From NCBI GenBank assembly GCA_963715985.1, contig CAVQSP010000011.1:96001-160000 (forward strand): 64,000 nt of DNA, in the 5' to 3' direction. Under the pieces are notes generated by a model. The model saw only the letters and a list, made by a program, of their open reading frames with translations, ran no database searches and was not told the origin of the DNA. The stretch comes from an uncultured Thermoleophilia bacterium. GTDB taxonomy: Bacteria; Actinomycetota; Thermoleophilia; UBA2241. A program made the position numbers and the translations under genes. Positions 42,982 through 52,448 of this stretch are shown one piece after another (within the stretch, counting starts at the first letter, position 1; the number at the start of each line of letters is the position of its first letter).

Positions 42982-44316
42982 TCAGAGCCGGGAGAAGTAC
43001 TTGCGGATCTCCCAGTCGGTGACCTGCTCGCGGTACTCGTACCACTCGTTGAGCTTGTTGGTCACGAAGCGCTCGAAGACGTGGTCGCCGAGCGTGGTGC
43101 GCACGAGCTCGCTGTTCTGCGTGGCGCTGATCGCCTCGAACAGGTTGTTGGGCAGCGAGCCGAGGCCGTGCGTCTCGCGTTCGTCGGCGGTCATCTTGTA
43201 GATGTTGGGCTCGACCCCGGCGGGGAGCTCGTAGCCCTTCTCGATGCCCTCGAGGCCGGCGCTCAGCATGACGGCGAACGCCAGGTACGGGTTGGCGGCC
43301 GGGTCCGGGTTGCGCAGCTCGGCACGCACCGTGCTCTCCTTGCCCTGTACGTACAGGGGCACGCGGATGAGGGCGGTGCGGTTGCGGTGCGCCCAGCTGA
43401 TGTACACCGGTGCCTCGTAGCCGGGCACCAGGCGCTTGTAGCTGTTCACGTACTGGTTGAGCACCGAGGTGAACTCGCGCATGTGGCGGAGCTGGCCGGC
43501 GATGAAGCCTTTGGCGATGTCGCTCAGGTGGTCCGGGTCGGTCTCACTGAAGAAGGCGTTGCTCTTCTCCCGGAACAGGCTCTGGTGCACGTGCATGCCG
43601 CTGCCGTTCTGGCCGTGCATGGGCTTGGGCATGAAGGTGGCGTGCACGCCGTTGTGCGCCGCGACTTCCTTCACGATAAGGCGGATGATCATGACGCGGT
43701 CCGCCATCTCCAGGGCCTTGTCGTAGTGCGGGTCGATCTCGTGCTGCGACGGGGCGACCTCGTGGTGGCTGGCCTCCATGTGGATGCCGAGCTTGTCCAG
43801 GGTGCGCATGGTCTGCTTGCGCAGGTCGTTGCCGAGGTCGTCGGGCAGCACATCGAAGTAGCCGCCCTCGTCGGTGAGCTCGGGGTACTCGGCGTCCTTG
43901 AAGTAGAAGTACTCCAGCTCGGGGCCTATGTAGAAGTCCAGACCCAGGGCCTTGGCGCGCTCGAGCTGGCGGCGCAGCACCCAGCGCGGGTCGCCCTCGA
44001 AGGGTCTGTAGTTGCGGTCCAGAACGTCGCAGAACACGAACGCGGTGCGCTCGCTGCCCTGCGACCAGGGAAGGACGTGGAAGGTGCTCCAGTCGGGCAT
44101 CGCGACGATGTCCGACTCCTCGATCTCGGCATAGCCGCTGATAGACGAACCGTCGAAGGCGGCCCCGCTCTCGATCACGCTGTCGAGCTGGCGGTCGGGG
44201 ACCTCGACCATCTTCAGGTTGCCGAGGATGTCCGTGAACCACAACTGGATGTGCTTCACGTTCTCGTCTGCGACGACCTTGCGGATCGCGGCCTGATCAT
44301 CAGTGCTCATCGTCAT
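42982..44316 (-). CDS. glnA: Glutamine synthetase type I (GSI-alpha-like); start 44316 or 44310
   Basis: FDGSSISG, GPELEY, HHEVAPSQHE, ATFMPKP, NGSGMHVHQS, NSYKRLVPGYEAP, ELRNPDPAANPYL. Confidence 0.96.
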   Translation of the reverse strand: MTMSTDDQAAIRKVVADENVKHIQLWFTDILGNLKMVEVPDRQLDSVIESGAAFDGSSISGYAEIEESDIVAMPDWSTFHVLPWSQGSERTAFVFCDVLDRNYRPFEGDPRWVLRRQLERAKALGLDFYIGPELEYFYFKDAEYPELTDEGGYFDVLPDDLGNDLRKQTMRTLDKLGIHMEASHHEVAPSQHEIDPHYDKALEMADRVMIIRLIVKEVAAHNGVHATFMPKPMHGQNGSGMHVHQSLFREKSNAFFSETDPDHLSDIAKGFIAGQLRHMREFTSVLNQYVNSYKRLVPGYEAPVYISWAHRNRTALIRVPLYVQGKESTVRAELRNPDPAANPYLAFAVMLSAGLEGIEKGYELPAGVEPNIYKMTADERETHGLGSLPNNLFEAISATQNSELVRTTLGDHVFERFVTNKLNEWYEYREQVTDWEIRKYFSRL

Positions 44317-44518
44317 CCTCTCGGGTCGGTGGTGCGCTCCTGCGCATCGGTCGTGGGGTGAAACGCCGGTGACTCTATGTGGACGCGAGCGCGACGCCCG
44401 CGGGTGAAGACGCACGGCAGGGCCGCAGCCGGAACTGCGAGGAGAGGTGAGGAGGTGAAAGGAGCGGCCCCCGGACGGGGGCCTGCAAGAACGACTCTAT
44501 CGCGGAGCGCCACATGCG

Positions 44519-44569
44519 TCATGCGGCGGACTCCTCGAGGATGAAGGCGGTGTCGCCTGTGCTGATCAT
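44519..44569 (-). other. 16-aa upstream ORF MISTGDTAFILEESAA resembling the AmtB N-terminus
   Basis: GAGGAGAGG RBS, ATG 44569, TGA 44521-44519; TATACT -10 at 44621-44616. Confidence 0.55.
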
Positions 44570-44670
44570 GCCGATCCCTCTCCTCAGAGGTCACGCTGCG
44601 TCTGTGCGATGAACCAGTATATCGCGCGCGGACGGCGGCTGCCCAGCGAGAGCGCGACGGGCGCGGCGCT

Positions 44671-44900
44671 GGGGCGGGCACGGCGTTGGGGGCGGGCACG
44701 GCGTTGGGGGCGGGCACGGCGTTGGGTTCGCGAAGGGCCATTCAAGCAACGGCACTTCCAACGGTACTTCCAAACGTGCCTTCGCTTGATACGCGCCGCG
44801 CGAACATGCCCCTCCGGCGGTCACACCGGGGCCGCGCGAACATGCCCTTCCGGCGGTCCTGCCGGTGCCCCGCGACCGCGCCCCTCTGACGGTCCTGCCG
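44671..44900. repeat. Composite tandem repeats (3x18 bp, 2-3x12 bp, about 3x36 bp)
   Basis: GGGGCGGGCACGGCGTTG x3 at 44671-44724; AACGGYACTTCC x2 at 44748-44771; GCCGCGCGAACATGCCCYTCCGGCGGTC at 44795 and 44831, degenerate at 44867. Confidence 0.85.
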
Positions 44901-45058
44901 GCGCAGCGCATGCCCACCGCCGGCATGGCCGACCTGTCGCCGGAGTGGCCGGCGCGGCTGCGGCATCCGGCCCCACGCCCGGCCAGTGCTGAGCGCCTGG
45001 TCCGTCAAGGTGCCGCCGTCCGCCTGGCGGTCAGCTGGACTGCGTGCCGCCGCACGCT

Positions 45059-45076
45059 TTGTGACATTCTGCACAA
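45059..45076. promoter_or_regulatory. Rex-like operator upstream of the CODH/ACS operon
   Basis: TTGTGACATTCTGCACAA versus Rex consensus TTGTGAA-N4-TTCACAA. Confidence 0.65.
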
Positions 45077-45197
45077 TGATTGCGGCCTGAATATCCGTCC
45101 TGTACAGTGTTTTGCAGCTTCACCGGGCGCCTCCGCCGCCGTCGCGCGGCCGTGAGGCGCCTCTCATCCATTCGCATCACTTGACAAGGAGCGGTCG

Positions 45198-45521
45198 ATG
45201 GAAGAGCTGGTTCTCGCGGTGCCGGGCCTGTGGGCCGATCACCACGTGCTCACCGTGCGCGACCTGCTCAGGCAGGACGAGGCCGTCAAGGTCGTCACCG
45301 TGAGCGCCCTGGAACGCAGCGTGACGCTGGCGTTCGACCCTGCCCGCACCGACCCTCAGCGTATCGCTGCGCTGCTCGCGGACGGCGGGTACGCGACCGG
45401 GCCGGCCGAGGAACCTGACGCTCCCCCCACGAACAAGCCCGCCTGGGCGACGGCCGGGGTGCGGGTCACCCGCACCAACGCCGTCGACCTCGCGATGTCC
45501 GGAGACCACCGCAAGTACTGA
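45198..45521 (+). CDS. HMA-fold protein lacking Cys (LWADHH in place of MxCxxC)
   Basis: LAVPGLWADHHV...VTLAFDP...IAALLADGGY is a CopZ-like layout; AAGGAG RBS. Confidence 0.75.
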   Translation: MEELVLAVPGLWADHHVLTVRDLLRQDEAVKVVTVSALERSVTLAFDPARTDPQRIAALLADGGYATGPAEEPDAPPTNKPAWATAGVRVTRTNAVDLAMSGDHRKY

Positions 45522-45636
45522 CGGTCCGCGTCGTTCTCACGCTTGCCCCTCAGAAGCCAGCCGCCGCGCACGCGGCCGCAGCGCCGTCGCACCGTGACCG
45601 CGCTGCCGGCGCCCCGGCGGCAGAAGGAGACCACTC

Positions 45637-47759
45637 ATGGACGATGAGAAGAACGACGTCGTAGCGGCCGGAGCCGCCAAGAGCATCGACCCGGCGGCCA
45701 TCGAGATGCTCGCGCACGCCGACGAGTGCGGCATCGAGACGGCCTTCAGCAGGGCCGACCACATGAAGCCGTGCCCCATCGGCGAGAGCGGCGCCTGCTG
45801 CCGCATCTGCTCCATGGGCCCGTGCCGCCTGGTCGGCAAGGACGCCGAGGAGAAGACGGGCATCTGCGGCGCCGACATGGGCACGATCGCCTCCCGGCAC
45901 TTCGCGCGCCAGGTGGCCGGGGGCGTGGCCGCGCACAGCGACCACGGCCGCGACATGGCCATGACCCTGCGCGCGGTGGCCAAGGGCGAGGCCGCCGGCT
46001 ACACCGTCAAGGACGAGCAGAAGCTCCACTCCGTGGCCGGCTACATGGGTATCCCCACAGCCGGCCGCGAGGTCAACGAGATCGCCCTGGACGTGGCCGA
46101 CAAGGCCCTCGAGCAGTTCGGTCAGTCACACGGCGAGATCATCTACACCAAGCGCGCCACGCTGAAGCGTCAGGCCAAGTGGCGCGAGCTCGGTCTCACC
46201 CCTCGTGCCATCGACCGTGAGGTGGTCGAGATCATGCACCGCACCCACGAGGGCGTGGACCTCGACGCCGAGAACATCCTCAAGAGCGCGCTGCGCTGCT
46301 CCCTGGCCGACGGCTGGGGCGGCGCCATGCTGAGCACGGACATCAGCGACATCCTCTTCGGCACGCCGTCGCCCCTCGCCAGCGAGGTCAACCTCGGCGT
46401 GCTCAAGTCGGACCAGGTCAACGTCATCGTGCACGGGCACGAGCCCACGCTCTCGGCGATGCTCGTGGAGGCCGCCCGCGACCCCGAGCTCATCGCCGAG
46501 GCCCGGGCTGCCGGCGCCGAGGGCATCAACCTCGCCGGCATCTGCTGCACCAGCAACGAGATCCTCATGCGCTACGGCATCCCGGCGGCCGGCAACTTCC
46601 TGCACCAGGAGCTGGCCGTGCTCACCGGCGCCGTCGAGACCATGGTCGTCGACGTGCAGTGCATCATGCAGGCCCTCGGACCGCTCGCGCAGCGCTTCCA
46701 CACGCAGCTCGTCACCACGTCGCCCAAGGCCAAGATCCAGGGTGCGGTGCACGTGGAGTTCGACGAACACCGCGCCCCCGAGACGGCCCGCGAGATCGTG
46801 CGCATGGCGATCGCCAACTACCCCAACCGCGGCCCCATCCACATCCCCGACTTCCACGAGCCGCTCGTGGCGGGCTTCAGTCACGAGTACCTCAACTACA
46901 TGCAGGGTGGCTTCCACCGCGGCTCGTTCCGGCCGCTCAACGACGCGATCATCGCCGGCCGCATCCGCGGACTCGCCGGCGTCGTCGGCTGCAACAACGT
47001 GCGCGTCACGCAGGACGAGGGCATCGTCGACATGATCAAGCGCTTCATCGCCGACGACGTCATGGTCGTGGTGACCGGCTGCGCCGCCACCGCAGGCGCC
47101 AAGGCCGGCTACCTCAGTCCCGAGATCCTCGACCACGCCGGCCCCGGCCTGCGCGAGGTCATGGAGGCCATCGGCATCCCGCCGGTGCTGCACCTGGGCT
47201 CCTGCGTGGACAACTCCCGCATCCTCACGGTGCTCACGCAGGTCGCCACCGAGGGCGGCCTCGGCGAGGACATCGACGACCTGCCGGCGGTGGGCCTCTG
47301 CCCGGAGTGGATGTGCGAGAAGGCCATCGCCATCGGCACCTACTTCGCCGCCTCCGGCGCGCACGTCATCTTCGGCGTGAGCAGCCCGGTGAAGGCCTCC
47401 AGCGAGGCCACGCGGCTCATGACCACCGGCTGGGAAGCGATGGTGGGCGGCGACCTCGAGTTCATCCCGGACTGGGACGAGATGTACGCGCGCTCGCTCG
47501 AGCTCATCGACGCCAAGCGCGAGGCCCTCAAGTTGCCGCAGTACGACCCGGCTCAGTTCGGCGCCAGCGGCGACTCGATGTTCTTCGCCGCCATCAAGGA
47601 GTACCTGGCCGAGAAGGCGGCGGAGCAGGAGCGCGGCCTGGAGACGGTCGGCTCGCCGGTCTACCCGCTCGCCGAGGGCCACTCCCACGACCCCGGCGAA
47701 CGGGCACCCGCACGACGCACGGCGGCGACGGGCACGCGCACGGCGAGGGGGAGGCCTGA
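45637..47759 (+). CDS. cooS: Ni-dependent CO dehydrogenase catalytic subunit (AcsA/CooS); frameshift in His-rich tail
   Basis: CPIG..GACCRICSMGPC, AHSDH, HGHEP, GICCT, DVQC, GCNN, TGC, GSCVD, EKA; TGA 47757-47759 overlaps the acsB ATG. Confidence 0.95.
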
Positions 47760-50045
47760 TGTCGCGCTACATCGCCACGCGCGCGATCCGCGGCGCCAAC
47801 ACCATCCTGGCCGAGGCCGAGACCCTCGTGAACGAGGCCGTCGAAGAGCTCGGCCCCGAGACGCCGGTGGCGTTCACCAACACCGCCTACTACCTGCCGG
47901 TGGTGTACGCCTTCACCGGCGTCAAGGTGCAGACGCTCGGCGACCTGCAGGGCGTCATCGCGCGCGCCAAGGAGCTCGTGCACCCCGTGCCGGCCAGCCA
48001 GTTCTGGCTGCCGTACCTGGGCGAGACGCTGGACAGCGGCGTGGCCACCCTCTTCGCCGAGGAGGCCATCGAGGGCGTGCGCTTCGCCCGCCACCAGGAG
48101 CCGCAGATCCTGCACCTCGACCACGCCGGCAGCGACGGCGAGCGCTTCACCGGCGGCGACCTGCTGGTGCACGGCGACAAGATGAAGCTCAACGGCCCCA
48201 TCGACGACATCCAGCTGCGCGCCTGGGGCATCCAGCTGGTGGACGGGCGCATGCCCGGGTTCTGCGCCATCGTGGGCTGCGCCAAGAGCAACGAGGTCGC
48301 CGTCAAGATCGTGCGCGAGCTGCAGAGCCGCGGCATCCTCATCTTCCTCAGCGGCAACGTCAACGGGCGCAGCATCATCCACCAGCTGCAGGAAGAGGGC
48401 ATCCAGCTCGGCTACGACACCTTCACGGTGCCGTTCGGCGTGGACACCATCTCCGCCGTGTACGCGCTCGGGTTCGCGGCCCGCTCGGCCCTCACCTTCG
48501 GCGGCATGGAGCCGGGCCAGGCGCGCGACATCATGCTCTACAACAAGTACCGCGTGTTCGCCTTCGTGCTGGCCCTCGGCGAGGTGGACGACCTCAAGTA
48601 CGCCACCGCCGCCGGCGCCATCAGCTTCGGCTTCCCCACCATCGCCGACACGCGCATCCCGCAGATCCTGCCCACCGGCGTGACCACCTACGAGCACGTC
48701 GTGAGCATGCCGTTCGACGAGATCCCCGGCGCCGACGACATGGAGAAGACGGAGAAGCTCATCCAGCGCTGCATCGAGGTGCGCGGCGTCAAGGTGCGCA
48801 TCGCCAAGGTGCCCATCCCGGTGAGCTACGGCTCGGCCTTTGAAGGCGAGCGCATCCGCAAGGACATCATGTACGCCGAGTTCGGCGGCAAGCGCTCGCG
48901 GGCCTTCGAGTTCCTGCGCATGCGCCCGGCCGACGAGGTCGAGGACGGCAAGATCACCATCAACGGGCCCGACATCGACACCATGGAAGAGGGCGGAGCG
49001 GCCCCGCTGGGCATGGTCGTCGACGTCAGCGGGCGCAAGATGCAGACGCGACTTCGAGCCCATCCTCGAGCGCCAGTTCCACTACTTCATCAACGGCGTG
49101 GAGGGCATCCAGCACAACGGCCAGCGCGACATCGCCTGGACGCGCATCAGCAAGGGCACCTTCGCCAAGGGCTTCCGCCTGGAGCACTTCGGCAAGGTGC
49201 TGCACGCGCGCATCCACGAGGTGTTCGGCAACATCGTCGACAAGGTGCAGGTGCACCTCACCACCGACGCCGCCGAGGTGGACGAGCTCATCGAGGTGGC
49301 GCGCGTGGCCTACGCCGAGCGCAACGAGCGCATCGCCACACTCACCGACGAGTCGGTGGACACCTTCTACTCGTGCCTGCTCTGCCAGAGCTTCGCGCCC
49401 AACCACGTCTGCGTAGTGAACCCTGAGCGCGTGGGCCTGTGCGGCGCCTACAACTGGCTCGACTGCAAGGCCTCCTTCGAGATCAACCCGACGGGGCCCA
49501 ACCAGCCGGTGCCCAAGGGTCTCGTCATCGACCCGGTCAAAGGCGAGTTCACGGGCCCCAACGAGTACATCCACCAGCACTCCAATCAGACCGTCGACCG
49601 CGTGACGTTCTACTCGTGCATCGAGTCGCCGATGACCTCATGCGGCTGCTTCGAGTGCATCATGGTGCTCGTCCCCGAGGCCAACGGCTACATGATCGTC
49701 AGCCGTGAGGACCCCAGCATGACCCCGTGCGGCATGACGTTCTCCACCCTGGCCGGCACGGCCGGCGGCGGCATGCAGACGCCCGGCATGATGGGCATGG
49801 GCAAGTACTACCTCACCAGCCACAAGTTCATCTCCGGCGACGGCGGCATCCGCCGCGTCGTCTGGCTGAGCTCCAACCTCAAGGAGAGCATGCGACCGGC
49901 CCTGGAGGAGATCTGCGAGCGCGAGGGCGTGCCCGGGCTGCTCGAGCAGATCGCCGACGAGACCGTCGCCACCACCGTTGAGGAACTTCTTCCCTTCCTC
50001 GAGGAACATGGGCATCCTGCCCTGACCATGGATCCCATCTTCTGA
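47759..50045 (+). CDS. acsB: Acetyl-CoA synthase, frameshift near 49050
   Basis: TAYYLP, LVDGRMPG, AFEGERIRK, CLLCQSFAPNHVC, GLCGA, MTSCGCFEC. Confidence 0.95.
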
Positions 50046-50070
50046 ACCCTCGAACGTCTGGAGCGCGCAG

Positions 50071-51033
50071 ATGAGTGCAGTTGAGACCCCGGTAGAGAAG
50101 TGGTCCGGCGCCGTGCGTGAGATCACGCTCGGCAGCAGCTATGGAGGCGGCACCCGAACCAGCACGGTGACGGTGGGCGGCGAGACTGCTCTGCCGTTCC
50201 TCAGCTTCGAAGGCGCCATGCCCAACCGTCCTGCGATCGCCGTCGAGGTCACCGACGTGCGCCCGGACGACTGGTCGCCCGAGCTGCAGGCGACGTGGGG
50301 CGACCTGCTCGGCGACCCGGCCGCGTGGGCGGCGGCAGCCGTGGAGAAGGGCGCCGACCTGATCGCCCTGAGCCTGAGAGGCTGCCACCCGGACAACGGC
50401 GACCTCGACCACACGCACGCGGTGCAGGTGGTCGAGCGTGTGCTCGCGCACGTGGGCGTGCCGCTGCTCGTGTACGGCCCCGGCGTGGCCGACAAGGACA
50501 ACGACGTGCTCGTGGCGGTGGCCGAGGCCACCAAGGGCGAGCAGCTGGCGCTGGGCGTCTGCGAGGAGAAGAACTACCGCACCATCGTGGCCGCCGCCCT
50601 CGGCAACGGCCACACGGTGATCGCCGAGACGCCCATCGACGTGAACCTGGCCAAGCAGCTCAACATCCTCATCTCCGACATGGGCCTGCCGCTGGAGCGC
50701 GTGCTCATGGACCCCAACACGGGCGCCCTGGGCTACGGCATCGAGTACACCTACTCGGTGATGGAGCGTCTGCGCCTCGCCGCCCTCATGGGCGACGCCA
50801 TGACCCAGCAGCCCATGATCTGCCAGGTGGGCAGTGAGGCGTGGCGCCAGAAGGAATGTCGCGCCACTGAGACCCCCGACGCCTGGGGCGACCTCGCCAC
50901 CCGCGGCGTGGGCTGGGAGATCAGCACCGCCGTCACGCTGCTGCAGTCGGGTGCCGACATCCTCCTGCTGCGTCACCCGTCCTCGGTCGCCGCGGTGCGC
51001 GGCGCCATCGACGACCTCATGAAAGGGGCGTGA
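50071..51033 (+). CDS. acsD: Corrinoid iron-sulfur protein small subunit
   Basis: VGGETALPF, NYRTI, PIDVNLAKQLN, LGYGIEYTYSVMERLR, RHP. Confidence 0.95.
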   Translation: MSAVETPVEKWSGAVREITLGSSYGGGTRTSTVTVGGETALPFLSFEGAMPNRPAIAVEVTDVRPDDWSPELQATWGDLLGDPAAWAAAAVEKGADLIALSLRGCHPDNGDLDHTHAVQVVERVLAHVGVPLLVYGPGVADKDNDVLVAVAEATKGEQLALGVCEEKNYRTIVAAALGNGHTVIAETPIDVNLAKQLNILISDMGLPLERVLMDPNTGALGYGIEYTYSVMERLRLAALMGDAMTQQPMICQVGSEAWRQKECRATETPDAWGDLATRGVGWEISTAVTLLQSGADILLLRHPSSVAAVRGAIDDLMKGA

Positions 51034-51036
51034 CCC

Positions 51037-52386
51037 ATGGCCCTGTCTGGACTCGAGATCTACAAGCTGCTGCCCAAGACCAACTGCAAGGAGTGCGGCT
51101 TCCCCACCTGCCTGGCCTTCGCCATGAAGCTGGCGCAGAAGGGCACCGAGCTGGACAACTGCCCCTACGTGAGCGATGAGGCCAAGACGGCGCTGGACGC
51201 CGCCTCGGCGCCGCCCATCAAGCTCGTCACCATCGGCGCCGGTGAGCGCGCCTTCGAGATCGGCAACGAGGTCGTGCTGTTCCGCCACGAGAAGACCTTC
51301 TACCACCAGCCTGGGCTGGTGGCGCGTGTGGCCTGCGACGACCCGCAGCTCGCGGCGAAGGCGGCGGCGGCTTGCGCCTATGAGGTCGAGCGCGTCGGCA
51401 TGATCCTGCGCCTCGACGGCCTCGCCGTGGAGCACACCGCGGGTGACGCGGCCGCGTACGCCGCGGCGGTGGCCGCGGCCCGCGCAGCCGCCCCCGGCCT
51501 GCCGCTCGTGCTCATGACGTCCGACGCGGCGGCGGCCGACGCGGCCCTCGCGGGCGGCGCCGCCGCGGAGAAGCCGCTCCTGCACGCCGCCACTGCCGCC
51601 AACTGGCAGGCCATGGCCGAGGTCGCCGTGAAGCACGGCGTGCCGCTGGCCATCAACGTGGAGAACGGCGATCTCTCAGGGCTGGCTGAGCTCTCCGCCC
51701 AGGTCACGGGCGCCGGTGTGGAGGACCTCGTCCTCGACCCCGGCACCGGCACTCTGGGCGCGGACCTCGCGGCCTTCACCCAGCTTCGCCGCCTCGCCCT
51801 CAAGAAGGGCGCCCGCGCCCTCGGCTACCCCATCTTCGCCCTCTGCGGCGCGGACACGTGGGAGCTGGAGCTGGCCCGCGCCTCGCAGGCGATCGGCAAG
51901 TACGCCGGCGTCATCGTGCTCGACCACACCGAGCCGTCCGTCTACTACGCGCTCATCACGCTGCGCCAGAACCTGTACACCGACCCGCAGAAGCCCATCC
52001 AGGTGGAGCCCAAGCTCTACGAGATCGGCTCCCCCACCGCCGACAGCCCGATCATGATCACCACGAACTTCTCGCTCACGTACTTCTCCGTGTCCGGCGA
52101 GGCGGAGGGTGCGGGCATGCCGTCGTGGCTGCTCGTCGCCGACAGCGACGGCCAGTCCGTGCTCACCGCCTGGGCGGCCGGCAAGTTCGACGCCGAGAAG
52201 ATCGCCAAGACCGTCAAGGACAGCGGCATCGAGAACATGGTGAACCACCGCAAGCTGGTCATCCCCGGCCACGTGGCCGGCCTCTCCGGCGAGGTGGAGG
52301 AGGAGCTCCCCGGCTGGCAGATCATGGTGGGCCCGCGCGACGCCGTGGACATCCCCAACTACCTCAAGACGGTCTGGAGTGCGTGA
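51037..52386 (+). CDS. acsC: Corrinoid iron-sulfur protein large subunit
   Basis: LPKTNCKECGFPTCLAFA..CPY, YTDPQKP, TTNFSLTYF, SVLTAWAAGKF, VGPR. Confidence 0.96.
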   Translation: MALSGLEIYKLLPKTNCKECGFPTCLAFAMKLAQKGTELDNCPYVSDEAKTALDAASAPPIKLVTIGAGERAFEIGNEVVLFRHEKTFYHQPGLVARVACDDPQLAAKAAAACAYEVERVGMILRLDGLAVEHTAGDAAAYAAAVAAARAAAPGLPLVLMTSDAAAADAALAGGAAAEKPLLHAATAANWQAMAEVAVKHGVPLAINVENGDLSGLAELSAQVTGAGVEDLVLDPGTGTLGADLAAFTQLRRLALKKGARALGYPIFALCGADTWELELARASQAIGKYAGVIVLDHTEPSVYYALITLRQNLYTDPQKPIQVEPKLYEIGSPTADSPIMITTNFSLTYFSVSGEAEGAGMPSWLLVADSDGQSVLTAWAAGKFDAEKIAKTVKDSGIENMVNHRKLVIPGHVAGLSGEVEEELPGWQIMVGPRDAVDIPNYLKTVWSA

Positions 52387-52448
52387 GATCAGGTGAGCGT
52401 GTGTCTGTCTGAAGCAGCACCAGTCGTGACCGGCGCCGAAGGGCAGCG

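Noticed and set aside
44671-44900. Possible CRISPR array (36-bp periodicity)
   Set aside because: Units are contiguous, with no unique spacers of proper length and no cas genes.
45637-48843. Apparent 1068-aa CooS fusion ORF
   Set aside because: After about residue 690 it reads acsB out of frame as Arg/Pro-rich text; caused by indels in the His tail.
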